A DNA stretch of 32,000 nucleotides from Cupriavidus necator. Its GTDB lineage: Bacteria; Pseudomonadota; Gammaproteobacteria; Burkholderiales; Burkholderiaceae. Shown here piece after piece: positions 24,328 through 30,464 of this stretch. The stretch is taken from assembly GCF_016127575.1 (NCBI RefSeq), contig NZ_CP066019.1, forward strand, positions 1,350,001-1,382,000, given 5' to 3'. Positions within the stretch are counted from its first letter, which is position 1, and each line of letters opens with the position of its first letter. The notes under the pieces are model-generated. The model saw nothing but the letters and a program-made list of their open reading frames with translations. It did no database searches and was not told where the DNA came from. Both the position numbers and the translations under genes were made by a program.

Positions 24328-24860
24328 GCGCCAGTCCGCGCGCAACGCGCGGCCATGTCCAGGTAGTGCGCCAGCCGCGGCGTGGCCAGGCCGACCACCT
24401 TGGCCAGGTCGTCGTAGCGGCGCAGGCGTACCGCGGCAGCGGCGTGGCGGCTGGCGGTGAACGCTTCGGCCTGTGCGGCGCCGAACGGACCGCCTTGCAG
24501 CGCCAGGCTTTGCGCTGAAGCCGGTGACAAGGTGGCGAAGTACGCCGGATCGGCCGCGCACAGATAGCGCTTGGCCGCTACGTGCAGCCGCACGGGTTCT
24601 GTCACTTCGTCACCGAACAGTTCTGCCAGCGCATCGGCGGCGGCCTCCTGGTGGCGCATGTCGGTGGTGGTGCTTTCGGCCAGCAGCAGGTGGCCAACGT
24701 CGTGGAGCAGGGCCGCGACGATCAGCGGCTCGGGCTCGCCGGCCTGCTCGGCCAGTTGCGCGCACTGCAGCGCGTGCGCGGTCTGGCTGATGGCTTCGCC
24801 GCCGTACCAGGCATTGCCATGGTCGGCAAACAGCGTTTCGATGCGGGACAGGTTCAGCAT
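24324..24860 (-). CDS. HD-domain protein of the phosphonate-operon-associated, PhnZ-like oxygenase family
   Basis: 178 aa. YGGEAISQTAHALQCAQLAEQAG...VAALLHDVGH...RLHVAAKRYL...LALQGGPF...RRYDDLAK preserves the His/Asp ligand pattern I recall for PhnZ-type diiron HD oxygenases. It starts 4 nt after the phnE stop. Confidence 0.8.
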   Translation of the reverse strand: MLNLSRIETLFADHGNAWYGGEAISQTAHALQCAQLAEQAGEPEPLIVAALLHDVGHLLLAESTTTDMRHQEAAADALAELFGDEVTEPVRLHVAAKRYLCAADPAYFATLSPASAQSLALQGGPFGAAQAEAFTASRHAAAAVRLRRYDDLAKVVGLATPRLAHYLDMAARCARTGA

Positions 24861-24864
24861 GATG

Positions 24865-25677
24865 TCAGACCAGTACCTTGCGGATTTGTGCGGAGATGAT
24901 GTCGATGGCCGAGACGAACAGGATGATGATGATCATCACGGCACAGGTCTGCCCATACTGGAAGCTGCGGATGATCTCCCACAGCACGGTGCCGATGCCG
25001 CCGGCGCCGACGATGCCAACCACCGAGGCCGAGCGCACGTTGGACTCGAAGCGGTACAGCGCGAACGACAGCCACAGCGGCAGCACTTGCGGAATCACTC
25101 CATAGACGATCTCCTCGATCGGGCCGGCGCCGGTGGCGCGCACGCCTTCCACCGGGCGCGGGTCGATGGCCTCGACGGCTTCGGCGAACAGCTTGGCCAG
25201 CACGCCGGTGGTGTGGATCCAGATCGCCAGCACGCCGGCAAACGGGCCCAGACCGACGGCCACGATGAACAGCATGGCGAACACCATCTCATTGATGGCG
25301 CGGCAAGCGTCCATGATGCGGCGTGCGGGCTGGTAGGCCCACGCCGGGACGATATTGGCCGAGCACAGCAGGCCCAGCGGCACCGCCATCACCACGGCCA
25401 GGGCGGTGCCCCACAGCGCGATCTGCACGGTGACGAGCATCTCGTCCAGGTAGTGCCGCCAGTCGCGGAAATCGGGCGGGAAGAAATCGGCGGCAAATTT
25501 CGCCATATTGTCCGAGTCGCGCAGCAGGTCCAGCGGGCGCATGTCGGCCCCCTGCCAGGACAGGGCGAGCATGGCCAGCAGGACTGCCCAGGTCAGCATC
25601 ACGGCAAGGGAAGTGCGCGGCGGGCGCACGTTGCTTTGGGGCGTGGGAGGCAGGCCGGGCCTGGCGGTGACAGTCAT
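24865..25677 (-). CDS. phnE: phosphonate ABC transporter permease
   Basis: 270 aa. ...[14 protein letters not shown]...[48 protein letters not shown]...[22 protein letters not shown]... is near-collinear with E. coli PhnE as I remember it. Confidence 0.93.
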   Translation of the reverse strand: MTVTARPGLPPTPQSNVRPPRTSLAVMLTWAVLLAMLALSWQGADMRPLDLLRDSDNMAKFAADFFPPDFRDWRHYLDEMLVTVQIALWGTALAVVMAVPLGLLCSANIVPAWAYQPARRIMDACRAINEMVFAMLFIVAVGLGPFAGVLAIWIHTTGVLAKLFAEAVEAIDPRPVEGVRATGAGPIEEIVYGVIPQVLPLWLSFALYRFESNVRSASVVGIVGAGGIGTVLWEIIRSFQYGQTCAVMIIIILFVSAIDIISAQIRKVLV

Positions 25678-25715
25678 GGGGAATCCGGAATCAAGCGGGG
25701 AACGAAAGCGATGCG

Positions 25716-25740
25716 GGGCCGGCGGCGGGGGGCCGCCGGC
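25716..25740 (-). other. intercistronic GC hairpin after phnD
   Basis: GGCCGGCGGC (25716-25725), loop GGGGG, GCCGCCGGCC (25731-25740): a perfect 10-bp stem 16 nt downstream of the phnD stop. The T-run is weak. Confidence 0.5.
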
Positions 25741-25755
25741 CTCGTCGGGATGGGC

Positions 25756-26748
25756 TTATTGCGTGCTGATGGCGTTGCCGGCGGCCTTGTCCAGCTCGGC
25801 CAGGCGGCGGGTCACCTCGGCCAGCCGCTTTTCCTTGTCGGCAGCGGCCAGGGTGGTGTCCGATTCGATCTTCGCCTTTTCGCGGGCCAGTTCGATCTGG
25901 CGGATCGGCACCAGCTGCGCATCGCTGGCGGTGCGGAAGCCCTGGTAGGTCAGGGTGGCCAGCACCTGCTTTTCACGCGCGGCGTCTGCGCCCTTGCCGT
26001 AGTTGGCGAAGAAGGCCTGGATCTTCTTCTTCACCTCCGGCGGCAGGTCCTTGCGATAGACCATCGGATCGGCCGGGATCAGCGGCGACTTCCACAGCAC
26101 CCGCACCTGGTCATAGGCGTTCTTGCCGGTGTTGATGCGATAGCGCTCCATGTTCTCGGTGTTGTTCACCGCCACATCGACCTGCTTGTTCAGCACCGAC
26201 AGCAGGTTGGTCTCGTGGTTGCCGATGCGCACGGCCTTGAACAGCGTCTTGGGCTCGACCTTGTTGGCGGTCCACAGGTAGAAGCCCGGCACGGCCGTGC
26301 CCGAGGTGGAATTGGGGTCGCCGGCGCCGTAGCTGAGGTCCTTGCCGCGCTTGATCACGTCTTCGACGCTCTTCAGGTCGCTGTCCTTGTTGACGATCAG
26401 CACCGACCAGTAGCCCGGGTTGCCGTCCTTGTCGATCACCGAGGCAAAGACCTCGCCGTTGGCACGGTCCACGGCCTCCATGGCCGACTTGTTGCCGAAC
26501 CAGGCGATCTGCACCTTGTTGAAGCGCATGCCCTCGATGATGCCGGCGTAGTCGGACGCAAAGAAGGGCTTGACGGGTACACCCAGCGTCTTGCTGAGAT
26601 CGTCGATCAGCGGCTGCCAGGCGGACTTCAGGTTCGACGACGATTCGGTCGAGATAAAGCCGATGTTCAGGCTCTTGGCGTCTTGCGCGAAGGCGGGCAG
26701 GGCGACCACGCCCGAAGCCACGACGGCGAGAAAGGTTCTGCGAAGCAT
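25756..26748 (-). CDS. phnD: phosphonate ABC transporter substrate-binding protein
   Basis: ATG at 26748 lies 8 nt after GGAG; the track TTG at 26754 is less likely. Signal peptide ...LPAFA-QD. LNIGFISTESSSNLK...YAGIIEGMRFNKVQIAWFGNKSAMEAVDRANGEVFA...GYWSVLIVNKDS...GDPNSTSG...NNTEN... closely parallels E. coli PhnD. Confidence 0.93.
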   Translation of the reverse strand: MLRRTFLAVVASGVVALPAFAQDAKSLNIGFISTESSSNLKSAWQPLIDDLSKTLGVPVKPFFASDYAGIIEGMRFNKVQIAWFGNKSAMEAVDRANGEVFASVIDKDGNPGYWSVLIVNKDSDLKSVEDVIKRGKDLSYGAGDPNSTSGTAVPGFYLWTANKVEPKTLFKAVRIGNHETNLLSVLNKQVDVAVNNTENMERYRINTGKNAYDQVRVLWKSPLIPADPMVYRKDLPPEVKKKIQAFFANYGKGADAAREKQVLATLTYQGFRTASDAQLVPIRQIELAREKAKIESDTTLAAADKEKRLAEVTRRLAELDKAAGNAISTQ

Positions 26749-26803
26749 GGACAACTCCGGTGGGAAGCGGTTTTGGGATAAAGCGGTGTGGACAGGCGGC
26801 CGT

Positions 26804-27658
26804 TCAGGCGGCCGCCAGGTTCATCGTGACCATTGCCGGTGCCGGCATGGCCGCAGTGGATACGTCTTCGTCTGGCACGGAATCGAGCAGCAGCTCGTCG
26901 GCTTCGGTGCCGTAGAGATCGCGCAGCATGCCGGGCGTGAGCGCGGCAGAGGGGCCGTCATAGACCACCTTGCCGTGGCGCAGCGCCACCACGCGGGGGC
27001 AGTAGCGCATCGCCACGTCCACCTGGTGCAGCGACACCAGCACCGCGACCTTGCGCGTGCGGTTGATCTGCCTGAGCAGCGACATCACCCGGCGCGACGA
27101 TTCCGGGTCGAGCGAGGCGATCGGCTCGTCGGCCAGGATCACGCTGGCGTTCTGCACCAGCGTGCGGGCGATGGCGGCGCGCTGCTGCTGGCCGCCCGAC
27201 AGCGTCGAGGCCCGTTGAAACGCATAGTCGTCTATACCAACTTGCGCAAGCGCATCGAGCCCGCCCTGGACTTCATCGGCCTTGAAGATGCGCAGCAGGC
27301 TGCGCCACTTGGGCACACGGGCCAGCGTGCCGACCAGCACGTTGGTGATGACCGGAAGACGGCCCACCAGGTTGAACTGCTGGAACACAAACCCGATCTC
27401 GCCACGCACCTTGCGCACGTTGCGGGCCAGGCGGCCGTTGCGCTGCACATGGCGGCCGTTGACGAGGATTTCGCCGGCGCCGGCATCGCCCGTGATGAAT
27501 CCGGCCACGTGGCGCAACAGCGTGGACTTGCCCGATCCCGATGCACCCAGCAGGGCGACCATCTCGCCTGGCGCGATGTGCAGCGTGACATCGTCAAGCG
27601 CCTTGCGGTCCGCGCGGAACGATTTGGAAAGCCCGCGGACTTCAATTGCGTGCGTCAT
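26804..27658 (-). CDS. phnC: phosphonate ABC transporter ATP-binding protein
   Basis: ATG at 27658 lies 7 nt after AGGGAG, giving 284 aa. Walker [11 protein letters not shown]-loop FQQFNLV, signature [13 protein letters not shown], Walker [13 protein letters not shown]. The 371-aa track ORF is an upstream extension. Confidence 0.92.
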   Translation of the reverse strand: MTHAIEVRGLSKSFRADRKALDDVTLHIAPGEMVALLGASGSGKSTLLRHVAGFITGDAGAGEILVNGRHVQRNGRLARNVRKVRGEIGFVFQQFNLVGRLPVITNVLVGTLARVPKWRSLLRIFKADEVQGGLDALAQVGIDDYAFQRASTLSGGQQQRAAIARTLVQNASVILADEPIASLDPESSRRVMSLLRQINRTRKVAVLVSLHQVDVAMRYCPRVVALRHGKVVYDGPSAALTPGMLRDLYGTEADELLLDSVPDEDVSTAAMPAPAMVTMNLAAA

Positions 27659-27687
27659 GTCGACTCCCTGACGTGAATGACCTGCGC

Positions 27688-27721
27688 ATTCTGGCCGGGG
27701 CGGATGACAGAACGATGACTT
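27688..27721 (-). promoter_or_regulatory. Pho box (AAGTCATcgttCTGTCAT) plus -10-like CAGAAT upstream of phnC
   Basis: Minus strand: AAGTCAT (27721-27715), cgtt, CTGTCAT (27710-27704), matching 13 of 18 positions of the remembered consensus with a perfect proximal 7-mer. CAGAAT (27693-27688) follows 10 nt downstream of the box. The box lies 46-63 nt upstream of the ATG. Confidence 0.5.
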
Positions 27722-27750
27722 GAGCGGAAGGGGGGCTGAAACTGGTTGGC

Positions 27751-27781
27751 GGCGCCGGCGGCCATGCTGGCCGCCGGCGCC
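27751..27781 (-). terminator. terminator-like hairpin downstream of the SDR gene
   Basis: Perfect 13-bp stem GGCGCCGGCGGCC / GGCCGCCGGCGCC with loop ATGCT. It begins 8 nt after the SDR stop and sits just upstream of the phnC Pho box. Only a short TTT follows. Confidence 0.5.
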
Positions 27782-27788
27782 GGTGGGG

Positions 27789-28553
27789 TCAGGTGCGCGT
27801 GATCGAGACGCCGCCATCCACCAGCGATGCCGTGCCGGTGACGAAAGCCGAATCGTCCGATGCCAGGTACAGCACCGAGCGCGCCAGTTCTTCCGGCGTG
27901 GCCACGCGCTTGAGCGCATGCAGGTTGGTGATGAACGCCTGTGATTCCGCGGTGTCGTTCATGGTGCGATACATGTCCGTGTCCACGGCGCCCGGCAGGA
28001 TCGCATTGACGCGGATGCCCTGCGGCCCATACTCGGCCGCCAGCGCCTGCGTCAGGCCGATCAGGCCGGACTTGCTTGCCGCATACGCGGCCACGCCGGG
28101 AAAGGCGACGGTGTAGCCAACGAAGGTCGAGGTGAAGATCACCGAACCGCCGCCATCCTTCAGCATCTGTGCAAGCTGGTGCTTGGCGCCGAGGAATGCG
28201 CCGGTGAGATTGATGGCAAGGGTGTCGTTCCAGCCGTCTGCCGAAACCCCGGTGCTGGGCCCGCCCTCGCCGAGCGTGCCGGCGTTGTTGAAGGCGATAT
28301 CCAGGCGGCCATAGCGCTCGACCGCCAGCGCCACCAGCGCGCTGGCGTATTCCTCGCGCCGCACATCGCCGGCGAGCGCCACCGCGTCGCCGCCGGCGTC
28401 ACGGATCTGCGCCACCAGGCTGTCCAGTTCGGACTGGCGGCGGGCACCGACTACCACCCTGGCGCCCTCGGCGGCAAACAGCAATGCGGTGGCGCGGCCA
28501 ATGCCGGCACTGGCGCCGGTAATGATGGCAACTTTTCCAGACAAACGTCCCAT
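27789..28553 (-). CDS. short-chain dehydrogenase/reductase (classical SDR)
   Basis: ATG at 28553 lies 6 nt after GGAGA, giving 254 aa. [10 protein letters not shown] (TGxxxGxG), NNAG, catalytic YAASKSG (YxxxK), and PGAVDT. Confidence 0.92.
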   Translation of the reverse strand: MGRLSGKVAIITGASAGIGRATALLFAAEGARVVVGARRQSELDSLVAQIRDAGGDAVALAGDVRREEYASALVALAVERYGRLDIAFNNAGTLGEGGPSTGVSADGWNDTLAINLTGAFLGAKHQLAQMLKDGGGSVIFTSTFVGYTVAFPGVAAYAASKSGLIGLTQALAAEYGPQGIRVNAILPGAVDTDMYRTMNDTAESQAFITNLHALKRVATPEELARSVLYLASDDSAFVTGTASLVDGGVSITRT

Positions 28554-28718
28554 GATCGATCTCCGGTCTGGCGCGGGGGCAACTTGCTGGTCCACAGCGC
28601 CGGTTTTGCGGGTAGGGCAGCAGGAACCGTCCTGCTGCCTCGTGAAACCAGTATGGGCAACGCGCGTGGTTCGAACTAGACTGAAGATCGCGGAACAACT
28701 TTCCGGATATGCCGAACA

Positions 28719-29651
28719 ATGTTCAAGCTAGAAGGTGTCGCCAGCTTTGTCGCCGTGGTCGAGGCAGGCTCCATCAGCGAGGCCGCGAGGCGGCTCAACT
28801 TGTCCAAGTCCGTTGTCAGCGAACGCCTGGCCGAGCTTGAAAAGGCGATGGGTGCCAACCTGCTGCGCCGGACCACGCGGCGGCTGTCGCTGACCGAGGA
28901 TGGCGCCGCCTTCCTGGAGCGGGCCACGCGCATCCTGCATGAAGTGGAGGCGGCGGCAACCGATGTTGCCGAGCGGCGCGGCACCCTGGCCGGGTCGTTG
29001 CGGATTTCCGCGCCGGTCACATTTGGCCGGATGCACCTGGGGCCTGCCATCTATCCGTTCCTGGCCCGGCATCCGGAACTGGAGCTGAGCCTGGACCTGG
29101 ACGACCGCCGCGTGGACGCGGCCACCGACAGTTATGACGCCGTGGTGCGGCACGGCCCGCTGGAGAGCTCGCGCCTGGTGGCATGGCAGCTTGCCCCCAG
29201 CCACCGCCTCCTGGTCGCATCCCCGGATTACCTGGCGCAGATGGGCGCGCCGGCAACGCTGGCGGAGCTGCAGCAGCACCGTGGCATCTTCTACGCCAAC
29301 CGCGGCGCGGCTGACTGGCGCCTGCACGGCCCCGACGGCACCGAAATCGCCCGTGCCGCCGTTGCGCTGCGCGTCAACAACGGCGACATGATGCGAGATG
29401 CCGCCATCGCGGGAGTCGGCATCGCGTTGTTGCCGACCTTTATTGCCGGCGATGCCATCCGGCAGGGGGCGCTGGCCGTGATCGAGGTCGGCCTGCGGGC
29501 CGAGCCGGAATCCATTTATATCGCCCACCCGGAAGGCCGGCGGGTGTCGGCGCGGCTGCGCGCGTTTGCGGAGTGCGTGCGCACGGCCATCGGCAGTCCG
29601 CCGTACTGGGACGCATGGGCGCAGGCACGCGGGGAGGGCGCGGGAACCTGA
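28719..29651 (+). CDS. LysR-family transcriptional regulator (divergent from the SDR)
   Basis: 310 aa. wHTH reads FVAVVEAGSISEAARRLNLSKSVVSERLAELEKAMG. Confidence 0.92.
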   Translation: MFKLEGVASFVAVVEAGSISEAARRLNLSKSVVSERLAELEKAMGANLLRRTTRRLSLTEDGAAFLERATRILHEVEAAATDVAERRGTLAGSLRISAPVTFGRMHLGPAIYPFLARHPELELSLDLDDRRVDAATDSYDAVVRHGPLESSRLVAWQLAPSHRLLVASPDYLAQMGAPATLAELQQHRGIFYANRGAADWRLHGPDGTEIARAAVALRVNNGDMMRDAAIAGVGIALLPTFIAGDAIRQGALAVIEVGLRAEPESIYIAHPEGRRVSARLRAFAECVRTAIGSPPYWDAWAQARGEGAGT

Positions 29652-29783
29652 TGCCGGCTGCTGGCCGGGTTCCACGATCGCCATGTGGCGGCCCTGCAAG
29701 CCTGGAGGTTTGCCGCCCGCGCCGCGCGGCCTGTATTCTAGTGCTCTGCCCGGCGCCCCGTTTCCGCAAGGAGGCAGGGCGCC

Positions 29784-30299
29784 ATGCACTTCACATCGAG
29801 CCGGCCATACAGGAACCCCATGCAGGAACCCGAACTGGATGAAATCAATATCCGGATCCTCGAGGCGTTGCAGCGCGACGCCAGCCTGACCAACGTCGAG
29901 CTGGCCGCGCGCGTCAACCTCTCGCCGTCGCCTTGCCTGGCGCGCGTGCGCGCGTTGGAGCAGCGCGGGATCATCCGGCAGCGCGTGACGCTGCTCGATC
30001 CGCAGAAGCTTGGCCTCAACGTCAACGTCTTTATCCACGTGTCGCTGGAGCGGCAGGCGCGCGAGGGGCTGGATGCCTTCGAACGCGCCGTGCGCGCGCT
30101 GCCCAACGTGATGGAGTGCTACCTGATGACGGGCGATGCCGACTACCTGATCCGCGCCGTGGTGGCCGACGTGCAGGCCGTGGAGCGGCTGATCGTCGAC
30201 GAGATCACGCGCATCCCCGGCGTCGCCAACATCCGCAGCAGCTTCGCACTCAAGCAGGTGATGTACGACACAGCCTTGCCGCTGCGCAATCCGCGCTAG
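29784..30299 (+). CDS. Lrp/AsnC-family transcriptional regulator
   Basis: [47 protein letters not shown] (HTH_AsnC) plus a RAM/ACT-like C-terminal domain. AAGGAGG lies 9 nt upstream of ATG 29784. An alternative ATG at 29820 would give a 159-aa product. Confidence 0.9.
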   Translation: MHFTSSRPYRNPMQEPELDEINIRILEALQRDASLTNVELAARVNLSPSPCLARVRALEQRGIIRQRVTLLDPQKLGLNVNVFIHVSLERQAREGLDAFERAVRALPNVMECYLMTGDADYLIRAVVADVQAVERLIVDEITRIPGVANIRSSFALKQVMYDTALPLRNPR

Positions 30300-30434
30300 C
30301 CCGGCGTTCGGCGTGGGATATGCCGCGGCCTCAGCATTTTCGAGTGGTTTTTATGGTGAGCGGCAGTGGATTGTGCTGCCACCTGCCGGATAGGCAGTCA
30401 ACTTCAGCACCTCATGCGGGAGGGCACTCCATAG

Positions 30435-30452
30435 AATGGGACAAAACCCATT
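30435..30452. promoter_or_regulatory. AATGGG-N6-CCCATT palindrome abutting the aceE Shine-Dalgarno
   Basis: Perfect 6-bp arms at 30435-30440 and 30447-30452, immediately followed by GGAG (30453-30456) and ATG at 30465. It could be a DNA operator or an mRNA stem-loop. Function unknown. Confidence 0.3.
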
Positions 30453-30464
30453 GGAGACTTCCCC

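Noticed and set aside
25756-25900. Charged coiled-coil-like C-terminal tail of PhnD (ELAREKAKIESDTTLAAADKEKRLAEVTRRLAELDKAAGNAISTQ), considered as a possible novel extension
   Set aside because: E. coli PhnD, as I recall it, has an equivalent charged C-terminal tail. This is a family feature, not a novelty.
24571-26781. 736-aa plus-strand ORF
   Set aside because: It is antisense to the HD gene, phnE and phnD. This is a shadow ORF.
26793-26814. Direct repeat CAGGCGGCCG x2 at the phnC stop
   Set aside because: It is short and GC-rich. The inverted repeat GGCGGCCG/CGGCCGCC, which forms an intercistronic hairpin, explains it better. There is no evidence of an independent function.
29752-29782. 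GGCGCCC...GGGCGCC inverted repeat enclosing the Lrp-gene Shine-Dalgarno, considered as a translational control hairpin
   Set aside because: The stem is only 7 bp in a very GC-rich context with a 17-nt loop. Such matches are expected by chance, and there is no supporting feature.
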